Shown: piece after piece, positions 18,738 through 28,834 of the stretch
How positions within the stretch are numbered: the first letter of the stretch is position 1
Layout of the letters: the number at the start of each line of letters is the position of its first letter
Origin: a virus
Taxonomy: Duplodnaviria; Caudoviricetes
Length of the DNA stretch: 47,425 bases
Direction: 5' to 3' (one strand)
IMG/VR virus record: IMGVR_UViG_3300020414_001816
Location: 1-47,425 of that record
The notes under the pieces: model-generated
Told to the model about the DNA's origin: nothing
Database searches by the model: none
The model's input: only the letters and a program-made list of their open reading frames with translations
Program-made: the position numbers and the translations under genes

Positions 18738-19237
18738 ATTATGAACAGTCTATAAAAGACTGGATTGAAAATTTTTTATGCAAAGAGAATCCAGCGTTTA
18801 ATAATTTACCGGCTTGTCCTTTTGCAAAACAAGCAATGCTTGATAATAAAATAACTTATTGTGAACTACAACCTATACAAATCCCTATGTTTGATTACTT
18901 TGTTGCTGAACTAGAAAACTTCAGCTATCATTGGCCTAAAGGCAAAGAAGTAGTAGTAATAGGTACAAAACCTCAATTTATATCAGCAGAAGAATTATCA
19001 CTTGCTGTTGAAAGTGCTACAACAAGATTTTTAGACAGCAGAGGTTATATTGCATTAGAAGATCATCCTGATGCAGAAGAAAAAGTTTTAGACGTTTGTG
19101 TAAATCAAGGCGAATATGCACTTGTACTATTACAGGAACGTGACAAACTACAACGTGCAAGAAATATTTTGCAAAAGCAAGACTACTATAAATACTGGAC
19201 GCCCGAGTACTATGAAGAAGTAGTTAATGATATGTAG
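18734..19237 (+). CDS. Hypothetical protein with CPFA motif (DUF1415-like)
   Basis: WIENFL...LPACPFAK; DHP motif. Confidence 0.7.
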   Translation: MNYEQSIKDWIENFLCKENPAFNNLPACPFAKQAMLDNKITYCELQPIQIPMFDYFVAELENFSYHWPKGKEVVVIGTKPQFISAEELSLAVESATTRFLDSRGYIALEDHPDAEEKVLDVCVNQGEYALVLLQERDKLQRARNILQKQDYYKYWTPEYYEEVVNDM

Positions 19238-19679
19238 AATAAACCTAACAAAGACAAAGTACAAACAAATAGATTTTAAGTTATTAGGTAAAAATGACTT
19301 TGCAAGTTGCGAACAAATATACAAACAATACATTGAACACAATGAAATAGAAAATCCACATCCTGTGTTTGAAGAAGAATGGAATCGTGAAGCAAAATAC
19401 AATGCAGATGTATTAGGTTACTATGATAATGATAAACTTGTAGCTTGGAGTCTAACATATAAGTTTCCAAGCAAAAATACAGTGATAGCAGATCAGTTTG
19501 CTTGGAACTATGAGAATCCTAAACTTAAACTAGGCTATCGTACAATACGAAGTGAATGTGCATATTATAAAAACAAAGGTTTTAAATATTTTATTTTAGG
19601 CGATCCTGATAAGTACAAAGAAGAACTACAAGGATATGAGATAATAGAAAGAGGTATGGATGGCATTTTTAGTACATAG
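19227..19679 (+). CDS. GNAT-fold protein resembling the C-terminal domain of ATE1/Bpt aminoacyl transferases
   Basis: KLVAWS...LG....SE......G.KY..LG....YK pattern. Confidence 0.6.
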   Translation: MICRINLTKTKYKQIDFKLLGKNDFASCEQIYKQYIEHNEIENPHPVFEEEWNREAKYNADVLGYYDNDKLVAWSLTYKFPSKNTVIADQFAWNYENPKLKLGYRTIRSECAYYKNKGFKYFILGDPDKYKEELQGYEIIERGMDGIFST

Positions 19680-20304
19680 TTTACCATTACAGTCAGTTTA
19701 TGTGCGTAAAGAGTTTTTGTATGATCACGAACGTGGGCACGGAGAGTTTACACCAGGCATTTGGGTGAGTGTAAAAAGCGTTGAAGCAAAAGCATTATAC
19801 TTCGAAACACTATTGACAGATTATGGAGCATTATATGATAAACTACCTATTTCAGCATTTGTTTGGAAAACAGATCATGGTGATCTTTTACCTTTGGATG
19901 TTCTTCAGCTTTGGGATTGCTTTGATTATGATATCACAGTTATCCAAAAGCCCTTACTATCACGCTGCGAATTTTTCGGCAAAGACAAACGTATGCATCC
20001 AGGAGAATACTGCTTTACAATAGATAATGCACACAGAGATAGTTCTATTCTAGATACTAACTTTAGTGAACACGACCCTGAGCATAAATCATTTAATGTT
20101 ATCAAACTGGACAACGGTCAATTCGCTGCTCAGCCTAATAATAGAGTAATATGGCGTGATAGTTCTCTTACACCAGAAAACTTATTAACACCAGACTTCA
20201 AAGTATGCACACAAAACTACAAAGTAGAAACAGAACCCAAGTGGAGTGTAGGGCATACTGAAGAATGGCAGTATAAAACACTTGACGAAGAGTCAGAAAC
20301 GTAG
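19660..20304 (+). CDS. Conserved hypothetical protein
   Basis: GAGG SD; 214-aa ORF (GHGEF, YDKLPISAF, GQFAAQPNNR). Confidence 0.8.
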   Translation: MAFLVHSLPLQSVYVRKEFLYDHERGHGEFTPGIWVSVKSVEAKALYFETLLTDYGALYDKLPISAFVWKTDHGDLLPLDVLQLWDCFDYDITVIQKPLLSRCEFFGKDKRMHPGEYCFTIDNAHRDSSILDTNFSEHDPEHKSFNVIKLDNGQFAAQPNNRVIWRDSSLTPENLLTPDFKVCTQNYKVETEPKWSVGHTEEWQYKTLDEESET

Positions 20305-20310
20305 TATTAT
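20282..20310 (+). promoter_or_regulatory. Sigma70-type promoter
   Basis: TTGACG-N17-TATTAT upstream of the polymerase operon. Confidence 0.7.
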
Positions 20311-20335
20311 ATAAGAAATAACAAGGAGTATCTAT

Positions 20336-20602
20336 ATGAGTGACCGTGTGTATGGCCCGGAAGAGAAGGCCAAGTTAGAACGCCTAGTGAAAGAAGGTGT
20401 TACTGTATTACAAGAAATTGAAGATCTACAAGGTGGATTGAAAGAAACTGTAAAAGCAGTAGCAGAAGAACTAAATGTAAAGCCTAGTCTAATCAACAAA
20501 GCAATTAAAGTTGCACAAAAACGTGATTGGAGTAGAGTATCTGATGAGTTTGAGGATTTAGAAACAATCGTAGCTACCACAGGTTACGATACTGATGAAT
20601 AA
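20336..20602 (+). CDS. Small helical dsDNA-binding protein (T4 DsbA/GapR-like)
   Basis: AAGGAG SD; size and L..LV.E......IE.L...LKE......EEL...P..I pattern. Confidence 0.55.
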   Translation: MSDRVYGPEEKAKLERLVKEGVTVLQEIEDLQGGLKETVKAVAEELNVKPSLINKAIKVAQKRDWSRVSDEFEDLETIVATTGYDTDE

Positions 20603-20873
20603 GATTTTAGAATATGTAAAAGAAAGCTACAGGTTATCACCCGTGGCTTTTTATTGTGAACTGGTAGAAACAACATTATTGATGGCTGCTAGTGTTATTC
20701 TAACATTTACTGTATTAGATCCAGCTACAGAACTTTTTATACCATTATATTTGATAGGAAGTATACTTGGCGTAATAAGTACAGTAATTAGAAAAGCAGC
20801 ATTTGCAATCGTACTTTGTGCTTGGTTTGTACTAATGAATTCGATTGCTCTTGTACAGCTTTTTGTGCTATAA
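20595..20873 (+). CDS. Small multi-pass membrane protein
   Basis: Three hydrophobic segments. Confidence 0.7.
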   Translation: MNKILEYVKESYRLSPVAFYCELVETTLLMAASVILTFTVLDPATELFIPLYLIGSILGVISTVIRKAAFAIVLCAWFVLMNSIALVQLFVL

Positions 20874-20890
20874 TAAAAAAAGGAATATAA

Positions 20891-23554
20891 ATGCCATACG
20901 TAGACGCTTTTTTTGATAGAGATGCAGATATTATCCGTGCAGTCGAACGCAAGGATGGTAAAAGGCATTTCACTGAATATCAAGCGAAGTATACATTTTA
21001 CTATGAAGATCCACGTGGCAAATACAAAAGCATTTATGGTGATCCATTACAACGTGTAGTTTGTAAAAATACAAAAGACTTTCGAAAAGAACTTGCTATT
21101 AACAAGGGCAAGAAAATGTTTGAGTCGGATGTAAATCCAATATTCCAATGCTTGAGTGAACACTATCTTAATCAAGATGCCCCAAAACTCAACGTTGCAT
21201 TTTTTGACATTGAGACAGACTTTGATCCAGAACGTGGCTTTGCTGATCCAAGTGATCCATTTATGCCAATTACTGCTATTACTGTGCATTTACAATGGCT
21301 TGATGCACTTGTAACATTTGCATTGCCGCCCAAAACACTTACTATGGAACAAGCACAAGAAGAATGTGCCGAATTTGACAATACATATTTGTATGAAAAT
21401 GAAGGAGATATGCTACAAGCATTTCTTGATGTTATAGAAGATGCAGATATACTAAGCGGCTGGAACAGTGAAGGTTATGATATTCCTTACACTGTAAATC
21501 GTGTTTCACGGGTGTTAAGTAAAGATGACACTAGACGTTTTTGTTTGTGGAAACAACTTCCAAGACGTAGAGAGTTTGAAAAGTTTGGTAAAACTGCTGA
21601 AACGTTTGATACTATTGGTCGTGTGCATATGGATTATCTTGAACTATATCGCAAGTACACATATGAAGAACGCCACACATATAGACTAGATGCTATTGGT
21701 GAAATGGAAGTTGGTGAAAACAAGACTGTGTATGAAGGCACACTAGATCAGCTTTATAACAACGACTTTAAAAAGTTTATTGAATACAACAGACAAGACG
21801 TTGCACTACTAGACAAAATTGACAAGAAGTTACGCTTTATTGATCTTGCAAATGAAATTGCTCACGACAACACTGTGTTGTTACAAACAACAGCAGGTGC
21901 AGTTGCAGTTACAGAACAAGCTATTGTTAATGAAGCACACAGACGTGGTATGCAAGCACCTAATAGAGTACAACACGAAGGACAAACAGCCGCGGCAGGT
22001 GCATACGTTGCGTATCCTAAAAAAGGCATACATCAGTGGATTGGCAGTATGGACTTAAACAGTCTATATCCAAGTATTATTCGTGCTATGAATATGGCTC
22101 CAGAAACTATTATTGGACAAATACGTCCTGATTTGACAGATGAGTTTTTGCATAATTCGCAAACACTAGAAAAGAAAAGTTTTGCGGCAAGTTGGGAAGG
22201 TAAGTTTGCAACATTAGAATATGATGCTGTAATGGAACAAAGAAAAGATGTTGCGCTAACACTGGACTTGGAAGATGGCAGCAGTCACGTGTTAAGTGGT
22301 GCAGAAATTTACAAACTTATTTTTGACAGCAATCAACCTTGGATGCTCAGTGCTAATGGTACTATTTTTACAACAGAAGTTGAAGGTGTTATTCCAGGTT
22401 TGTTAAAACGTTGGTATGCTGAACGTAAAGAACTACAAGCAAAAATGCGTAAAGCAATTGACGCAGGTAATGAAACAGAAATAGCATTTTGGGACAAAAG
22501 GCAACTTGTTAAAAAGATTAACTTGAACAGTTTGTATGGTGCTATTCTTAATCCAGGCTGTAGATTCTTTGATAAACGTATTGGACAATCTACTACACTT
22601 ACTGGTAGGCAAATTGCAAAACATATGGCAAGCGAAGTTAACAAAATTATCACAGGTGAATATGATCACGTAGGTAAAGCAATCATATATGGCGATACAG
22701 ATTCTGTTTACTTTAGTGCATATCCTGTTCTTGAAGAAGAAATTAGAGCTGGCACTGTGCCTTGGGGTAAAGACAATGTTATTACGTTATATGATCAACT
22801 ATGCGAACAAGCAAACACAACATTTCCAGATTTTATGCGTGATGCATTTCATTGTCCACGTCCACGTAGTGAAGTAATTGCTGCCGCAAGAGAAGTTGTT
22901 GCAGACACAGGCTTGTTTATTACAAAGAAGCGTTATGCAGTTCGTGTATATGACTTGGAAGGTGATAGGAAAGATAAGGATGGTAAACTAGGTAAAGTTA
23001 AAGCTATGGGCTTGGACTTGAAGCGCAGTGATACTCCAGTGTTTATGCAGGACTATTTGAAAACATTACTTGATATGGTGCTTGCACTAAAAGAAGAAAA
23101 AGAATTGTTAGAAAGTATAAGTGAATTTAGACGTGAATTCAAAGAACGTCCAGGATTTGAAAAAGGTTCACCTAAACGTGCAAACAAGATTGGACACTAT
23201 CAGCGTCTTGAAGAAAAGCAAGGCAAAGCAAATATGCCTGGACACGTGAGAGCAAGTATCAACTGGAATACACTCAAGCGTATGAACGGCGATAAATATT
23301 CCCAAGAAATTGTAGATGGAATGAAAGTTATTGTTTGTAAACTTAAACAAAATCCATTAGGATACACAAGTGTTGCATATCCAACAGATGAATTACGTAT
23401 TCCTGATTGGTTCAAAGAATTGCCATTTGACGGTGATGCTATGGAAGAAGTGATTATTGACAACAAACTAGATAACTTGATTGGTGTGTTGAAATATGAC
23501 TTAGAAAGCACAAAACAAAAAACTACATTTAACAATTTATTCGAATGGAGTTAA
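20891..23554 (+). CDS. Family B DNA polymerase (gp43-like)
   Basis: Exo DIETD; DLNSLYPSII, KKINLNSLYG, YGDTDS, KKRY; no intein or intron evident. Confidence 0.97.
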   Translation: MPYVDAFFDRDADIIRAVERKDGKRHFTEYQAKYTFYYEDPRGKYKSIYGDPLQRVVCKNTKDFRKELAINKGKKMFESDVNPIFQCLSEHYLNQDAPKLNVAFFDIETDFDPERGFADPSDPFMPITAITVHLQWLDALVTFALPPKTLTMEQAQEECAEFDNTYLYENEGDMLQAFLDVIEDADILSGWNSEGYDIPYTVNRVSRVLSKDDTRRFCLWKQLPRRREFEKFGKTAETFDTIGRVHMDYLELYRKYTYEERHTYRLDAIGEMEVGENKTVYEGTLDQLYNNDFKKFIEYNRQDVALLDKIDKKLRFIDLANEIAHDNTVLLQTTAGAVAVTEQAIVNEAHRRGMQAPNRVQHEGQTAAAGAYVAYPKKGIHQWIGSMDLNSLYPSIIRAMNMAPETIIGQIRPDLTDEFLHNSQTLEKKSFAASWEGKFATLEYDAVMEQRKDVALTLDLEDGSSHVLSGAEIYKLIFDSNQPWMLSANGTIFTTEVEGVIPGLLKRWYAERKELQAKMRKAIDAGNETEIAFWDKRQLVKKINLNSLYGAILNPGCRFFDKRIGQSTTLTGRQIAKHMASEVNKIITGEYDHVGKAIIYGDTDSVYFSAYPVLEEEIRAGTVPWGKDNVITLYDQLCEQANTTFPDFMRDAFHCPRPRSEVIAAAREVVADTGLFITKKRYAVRVYDLEGDRKDKDGKLGKVKAMGLDLKRSDTPVFMQDYLKTLLDMVLALKEEKELLESISEFRREFKERPGFEKGSPKRANKIGHYQRLEEKQGKANMPGHVRASINWNTLKRMNGDKYSQEIVDGMKVIVCKLKQNPLGYTSVAYPTDELRIPDWFKELPFDGDAMEEVIIDNKLDNLIGVLKYDLESTKQKTTFNNLFEWS

Positions 23555-23555
23555 T

Positions 23556-23801
23556 ATGAAAAGAGTTGACGGATTTCAAGAACGTATTGTTTATATAGAC
23601 GGTGATAGTGTAGCGTGTAGTGGAGATAATAATGATCATCCATTAGTATATCTCAAAATACCGCACGACGGACATTATGTTGTTTGTGGTTACTGTGATA
23701 TAAAATATGCACGTATGGAAAAAGAATATGGTGGACCAAAAGGTGCAGAGCCCACACGTTTTGGCACTTGGGAAAACAAGGGCAGGGAGATTGATTTTTG
23801 A
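23556..23801 (+). CDS. zf-CHCC zinc-finger protein (NDUFS6-like)
   Basis: VACSG...HPLVYL...CGYC. Confidence 0.8.
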   Translation: MKRVDGFQERIVYIDGDSVACSGDNNDHPLVYLKIPHDGHYVVCGYCDIKYARMEKEYGGPKGAEPTRFGTWENKGREIDF

Positions 23802-24142
23802 AAGTAGATATACAAGATATTGGTGGAGTTATTGCTAAACAAGACGATCGATATGTTGTTAAAGATAACACACTATTACAAAATTTAGTGTTAAGTAGTA
23901 CAACAATGAAACCTGGTAAATCTACATCAGGCCATATACACAAAGGACAAGAAGAAATTTATTTTTTTATAAAAGGCAAAGGTACGATGTATTTAGATGA
24001 TAACCCTATGCCAGTAGGTCCTGGTGATGTAGTATTGATTAAAGATGGTGTACATCATAGGGTTGAATCTAATATGTACCAAGGTAAAGACAAAGAACTT
24101 TACTTTGTTTGTGCGTTTGATGGTAGGCGGAGTCATAAATGA
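23798..24142 (+). CDS. Cupin-domain protein
   Basis: H.H...EEIYFFIKGKG and GD...I..G..H motifs. Confidence 0.85.
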   Translation: MKVDIQDIGGVIAKQDDRYVVKDNTLLQNLVLSSTTMKPGKSTSGHIHKGQEEIYFFIKGKGTMYLDDNPMPVGPGDVVLIKDGVHHRVESNMYQGKDKELYFVCAFDGRRSHK

Positions 24143-24546
24143 AAGTAGGATTTACTTGTTCAACATTTGATTTATTACACGCAGGACACGTACAAATGTT
24201 GCGTGAAGCAAAAGAGCAATGCGATTATCTAATATGTGCGTTACAAATGGATCCAAGCGTGGATAGAGCAGAAAAAAATGCACCTGTGCAAACCATTGTA
24301 GAACGTTATACACAGTTGAAAGGTGTAAAGTATGTGGATGAAATTATTCCATATGGCACCGAAAAAGACCTAGAAGATATATTGACAATGTATCATATTG
24401 ATGTTAGAATACTAGGAGAAGAGTACAGAGACAAAGATTTTACGGGTAAAGACATTTGTCGTAAACGTGAAATTGACTTGTATTTTAACAAACGCGATCA
24501 TAGATTCAGCACAAGTGATTTAAGAAAGAGAGTATGTGAAGTATAA
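24139..24546 (+). CDS. Cytidylyltransferase (TagD-like)
   Basis: FDLLHAGH (HxGH), ER...L...KYVDE, R...STS. Confidence 0.88.
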   Translation: MKVGFTCSTFDLLHAGHVQMLREAKEQCDYLICALQMDPSVDRAEKNAPVQTIVERYTQLKGVKYVDEIIPYGTEKDLEDILTMYHIDVRILGEEYRDKDFTGKDICRKREIDLYFNKRDHRFSTSDLRKRVCEV

Positions 24547-25253
24547 TGAATAAATTTATATTTGACGTTGACGGCACCCTTACACCAAGTAGGCAAACTA
24601 TCAATCCAAAATTTAAAGAATTTTTTAAATCATTTATTATAGATAATAAAGTTTGGTTGGTAACTGGCAGTGATTATGCAAAAACAGTTGAACAACTTGG
24701 TGAAGATATTTGTGAAAGTGTTGAGTCTTGTTATAATTGCAGTGGCAATGATGTTTATAAAAAAGGAAAAAATATAGCCAGTAAATCTTTTGATGCTCCT
24801 AAAGAATTATATAATTTAATGAACGGTTGGTTACAAGCAAGTAGTTTTCCTTTACGAACAGGTAATCACATAGAAGAACGCACAGGTACAATAAATTTCA
24901 GTGTTGTAGGACGTAATTGTACACTAGGAGAACGAAAACTTTATATCGAACACGATTTACAAAATAAAGAACGTGAAAGTATTGCTTTTCAAATCAATTT
25001 AGAGTTTCCTGATATCACTGCTACTGTAGGTGGTGAAACAGGTATTGACATTTATCGTAAAGGTGGAGACAAAAGTCAAATACTAGATGATTTTAAGAAG
25101 AGTGATAACATTTATTTCTTTGGTGATAAAACTATGCCAGGTGGCAACGATGAACCATTAGCAAAGCTAATCAAAAATACGTATCAAGTAAAAGATTATC
25201 GAGATACTTGGGAAAGACTAGGATACTTTAAGGAAGCGAAGTTAGCACAATGA
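24546..25253 (+). CDS. HAD-IIB phosphomannomutase-like enzyme
   Basis: FDVDGTLT, VTGSD, INFSVVGRN, FFGDKTMPGGND. Confidence 0.88.
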   Translation: MNKFIFDVDGTLTPSRQTINPKFKEFFKSFIIDNKVWLVTGSDYAKTVEQLGEDICESVESCYNCSGNDVYKKGKNIASKSFDAPKELYNLMNGWLQASSFPLRTGNHIEERTGTINFSVVGRNCTLGERKLYIEHDLQNKERESIAFQINLEFPDITATVGGETGIDIYRKGGDKSQILDDFKKSDNIYFFGDKTMPGGNDEPLAKLIKNTYQVKDYRDTWERLGYFKEAKLAQ

Positions 25254-26011
25254 TTATAGCAGGATATGGATTTGTTGGCAAAGCATATGAACTTCTTTTT
25301 ACCAATCATCGAAGAGAAATAATTATACACGATCCGCCACAAGGCAAGATTGCAGACTTTGAAAATACTAGTGCAGTTGTTATATGTGTGCCAACTCCTG
25401 AAGCAGATGATGGTAGTTGTGATATGAGTGCTGTTTATACTACAGTTGAGCTTTGTAACGAAACAACACCAATATTAATCAAAAGCACCATAAGCTTACA
25501 AGGTTGGCAAGAACTTAAAACACGTTTTCCTAATCACAGATTATGTTTTTCTCCAGAGTTTTTAAGAGCTAAAAACTTTATGAATGACATTAAAAATTTA
25601 AATTCTATAATATTAAGCGGTGACACAGACTATTGGCGTGATCAATATAGTTATAATTGGCCAAAGTGTCGTATAAACATTGTAACACCAGAAGAAGCTA
25701 TTGCAATAAAATATTTTAGAAATGCTTTCTTAGCAACTAAAGTCAGTTTCTTTAATGAAATATTTGATTTTTGTCAATCATACAATTTAGACTTTGAAGA
25801 AGTACAAGCAGGTATTACAGATGATGAACGTATAGGTTCAAGTCATAGTTTCGTATTTCCAGAAGAAGGTGTACGTGGATGGGGTGGAATGTGTTTTCCA
25901 AAAGACACAAAAGCTTTATTAAAAATGGCAGCAGAAAAAAATATTAATCTAAATACATTGTCAGCGGCAGTATATTATAACACAAAGTTAAAACAAACAC
26001 TTGACAAGTAA
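25250..26011 (+). CDS. UDP-glucose/GDP-mannose dehydrogenase family, lacking C-terminal domain
   Basis: GYGFVG, CVPTP, IKST, SPEFLR, KYFRNAFLATKVSFFNE, GGMCFPKD. Confidence 0.88.
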   Translation: MIIAGYGFVGKAYELLFTNHRREIIIHDPPQGKIADFENTSAVVICVPTPEADDGSCDMSAVYTTVELCNETTPILIKSTISLQGWQELKTRFPNHRLCFSPEFLRAKNFMNDIKNLNSIILSGDTDYWRDQYSYNWPKCRINIVTPEEAIAIKYFRNAFLATKVSFFNEIFDFCQSYNLDFEEVQAGITDDERIGSSHSFVFPEEGVRGWGGMCFPKDTKALLKMAAEKNINLNTLSAAVYYNTKLKQTLDK

Positions 26012-26029
26012 AGCAAAAGTTAGTATAAT
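26001..26029 (+). promoter_or_regulatory. Consensus sigma70 promoter
   Basis: Perfect TTGACA-N17-TATAAT upstream of the clamp-psiE-dpdA operon. Confidence 0.85.
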
Positions 26030-26050
26030 TAATCAACAACGGAGAACAAT

Positions 26051-26779
26051 ATGCAAGATATTCTACAAGACATTGTGAGTCATACACACAGACTAGGTTT
26101 TATTACTACACTGAAAGTTACAGCAGAAGAAGATACTCAAATTGATAGTATGGCTGATGATCGTAGTGTGATTATGACAGCAACAACTCATTCGCCAGTT
26201 GGTGAATTTAATGGAACATTTGGTATGCCAGATCTTGGCAAACTTGATTATCATTTGAAGAATCCTGAATACAAAGAAAATGCTAAAATTGAAGTTGTGC
26301 AAGCAGAACGCAACGGCGAAGTTATGCCAACACACATACACTTTGAAAATGCATCAGGTGATTTTGAAAATGATTATCGCTTTATGAATAAAGCAATTAT
26401 TGAGGAAAAATTAAAAAGTGTAAAGTTCAAAGTCAGCACATATGATGTTGAGATTGAGCCTAATATGGCAGCAATTGCACGTATGAAATTGATGTCAGGC
26501 GCACACAGTGAAGAAACAGTGTTCCAAGTAAAAACTGAAGATAACAACTTGAACTTTTACTTTGGTGATGAAGCAACACACGCAGGTTCATTTACATTTG
26601 AACACGGTATTGAAGGAAAACTTACACATACTTGGGCGTGGCCAGTTGCACAAACACTTGCTATACTAAACTTAGATGGTGACAAAACTATGAGTATTAC
26701 TGATCAAGGTGCTATGAAAATTAGCGTAGACAGTGGTATGGCAAAATATGACTACATTCTACCAGCGCAACAGAAATAA
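26051..26779 (+). CDS. Probable sliding clamp (gp45-like)
   Basis: Size, beta-rich two-domain pattern, C-terminal Y.YIL; near polB. Confidence 0.6.
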   Translation: MQDILQDIVSHTHRLGFITTLKVTAEEDTQIDSMADDRSVIMTATTHSPVGEFNGTFGMPDLGKLDYHLKNPEYKENAKIEVVQAERNGEVMPTHIHFENASGDFENDYRFMNKAIIEEKLKSVKFKVSTYDVEIEPNMAAIARMKLMSGAHSEETVFQVKTEDNNLNFYFGDEATHAGSFTFEHGIEGKLTHTWAWPVAQTLAILNLDGDKTMSITDQGAMKISVDSGMAKYDYILPAQQK

Positions 26780-27198
26780 TGCAAGAAAAAAATAGACTAC
26801 ACTGGACTACAGTAATGACAGAGAAAGGTATGCTTGCAGTGATAGGCATACTTACTCTTGTTGCGGCTGGTTTAGATGTATACTCTATGATTTTAAATCT
26901 CAAGATAGAACTTGCAGATTTATTTCTACTTTTTATATACACTGAAATAATAGGTATGGTTGGTGCATACTTTATAAGCAACAGAATACCTGTAACATTG
27001 CCTATTATAATTGCAATGACAGCATTGTGTAGATTAATTGTGCTACACAGTAAAGACGCAAATCCTTGGGTGCTAGTTGCTGAAGCAGGCGCAATTTTAA
27101 TACTTGCAGGCGCCGCATATGTAATGAGTCAAAAAGATAAGTTAAGTTTAGAAAAGAGAGCAATACGTGAAAAAGGATTTAACACAAACACAGAATGA
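26779..27198 (+). CDS. psiE: PsiE-family membrane protein
   Basis: Four TM; DLFLLFIYTEIIGM, IP...PIIIAMTALCR. Confidence 0.75.
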   Translation: MQEKNRLHWTTVMTEKGMLAVIGILTLVAAGLDVYSMILNLKIELADLFLLFIYTEIIGMVGAYFISNRIPVTLPIIIAMTALCRLIVLHSKDANPWVLVAEAGAILILAGAAYVMSQKDKLSLEKRAIREKGFNTNTE

Positions 27199-28624
27199 TT
27201 ATGCTGTGTTTCTTCCAAGTATAAGTGGCTTTTATGCTACATTTATAGGAAAACAACGTTTTGGTGAATACGTTGATTACAATCGTGTACCGGCTGGACT
27301 TAATGAAGTAGAAAGTCTAAACTTTTTGAATCCTGATAAAGGAGCATTTCATTATAAGTGGGCATTATACAGTGCAGGACACGCAGACTTAGACGTAAAC
27401 AAACACGTAGAAAAAGAAGATATGTTACGCAACCGCGATAGAGAAAATAGTTGGTTGCTTGGTGACTCTGGTGGTTTCCAAATTGCAAAAGGACTTTGGG
27501 AAGGTGATTGGACTAATCCAAACTGTCCAAAAGCACAAAAGAAACGTGAACTTGTTGTCAACTGGATGGAAGAATATATGGACTACGGAATGATGTTGGA
27601 TATTCCAACTTGGACATTCCAAGATCCTAAGGCAGCAAAGGCAGCAAATATTCATAGCTATCAAGATGCTGTAGATGCTACACACATTAACGCAAAGTAT
27701 TATATGGCCAATAGACGCGGCAACTTCAAAGTACTAAACGTTTTACAAGGCAGCAATCACGCTGATGCAGACAGCTGGTATAATGAATTCAAAGACTATT
27801 GTGATCCTGCAAAGTATCCAGACACACACTTTAATGGTTGGGCAATGGGTGGACAGAATATGTGTGATGTTGATTTAATATTGCGTAGACTTGTGCATCA
27901 AATACACGATGGTTTACTAGAAGAAGGTGTACACGATGTTATGCACTTTTTAGGTACAAGTAAGTTAGAGTGGGCTGTGCTACTTACAGACATTCAACGT
28001 GCAGTTCGCAAGTACCACAACAAAAATTTTATGATTACATATGACTGTGCATCACCTTTCTTAGCAACAGCAAATGGACAAGTATACCATACTATACGTA
28101 TAGAAGATCGTGGCAAGTGGAGTTATATGATGTCTCCTGGGGCAGACGATAAGAAATATGCCACAGATAGTAGAACATTTAAGGATGCACTTGAAACAGA
28201 TGGTCTTTTGAAAGCTTTTGAAGATTCTCCTATTAGTAAAGAATGCCAAGTTAAAGACATCTGCATTTACAAACCAGGCGATTTGAATAAAATTGGTAAA
28301 GAAGGTAAAACAAGTTGGGACTCATTTAGTTATGCATTACAAATGGGTCATAATGTATGGATGCATATCGAAAGTACACAAAGAGCAAACGAACGTTATG
28401 ACGCAGGGGAATATCCTTATATGTTGATCGACGAACGGTTTGAACGTATAGAATTTAAACAAGTTGTAGACGAGATCTTTAGTTTAAAAGATAGACAAAA
28501 AAGTTTAGATTTGATAACAAAATATTCTAAGTTTTGGATGCAAGTAATAGGCACAAGGCTTAATGTAGGAAAGAAAACTGTAAACGCAAGCACAAAGTTC
28601 GGAGAACTATTTGAGGAGATCTAA
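27167..28624 (+). CDS. dpdA: TGT-superfamily transglycosylase, probably DpdA-type DNA deazaguanine inserter
   Basis: LGDSGGFQ, MLDIP, VLQG, WAMGG, HFLG, TYDCAS; no CxCxxC Zn site; folE/queE nearby. Confidence 0.8.
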   Translation: MKKDLTQTQNDYAVFLPSISGFYATFIGKQRFGEYVDYNRVPAGLNEVESLNFLNPDKGAFHYKWALYSAGHADLDVNKHVEKEDMLRNRDRENSWLLGDSGGFQIAKGLWEGDWTNPNCPKAQKKRELVVNWMEEYMDYGMMLDIPTWTFQDPKAAKAANIHSYQDAVDATHINAKYYMANRRGNFKVLNVLQGSNHADADSWYNEFKDYCDPAKYPDTHFNGWAMGGQNMCDVDLILRRLVHQIHDGLLEEGVHDVMHFLGTSKLEWAVLLTDIQRAVRKYHNKNFMITYDCASPFLATANGQVYHTIRIEDRGKWSYMMSPGADDKKYATDSRTFKDALETDGLLKAFEDSPISKECQVKDICIYKPGDLNKIGKEGKTSWDSFSYALQMGHNVWMHIESTQRANERYDAGEYPYMLIDERFERIEFKQVVDEIFSLKDRQKSLDLITKYSKFWMQVIGTRLNVGKKTVNASTKFGELFEEI

Positions 28625-28834
28625 ATGGGCGACGACGATAAATTACTCTCTCATCTTGAAGAATTAAGAAAAAAGCACAGAGCACTTGACATAGAAATAC
28701 AAAAGTTATATACTCATCATATTACCGAAGAGTTAAGACGTTTAAAGACAGAAAAACTTTGGTTAAAAGATGAAATATATAGAATAGAAAGAGAGCTAAT
28801 AGACAAAGGCATATATGTAAATGGATACCAATGA
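28625..28834 (+). CDS. DUF465/YdcH-like coiled-coil protein
   Basis: L...H..LD.EI.....L..LK..KL.LKDEI. Confidence 0.75.
   Translation: MGDDDKLLSHLEELRKKHRALDIEIQKLYTHHITEELRRLKTEKLWLKDEIYRIERELIDKGIYVNGYQ

Noticed and set aside
21819-22877. Alternative-frame + strand ORFs inside polB (also 4442, 19823, 30020, 39489)
   Set aside because: Short, no convincing SD, no coupling or codon shift, unlike the galE and queE cases
27167-28624. Canonical tRNA-guanine transglycosylase (tgt)
   Set aside because: Lacks the C-terminal CxCxxC Zn motif, is highly divergent and sits in a phage replication context; DNA-acting DpdA is more likely, though not proven
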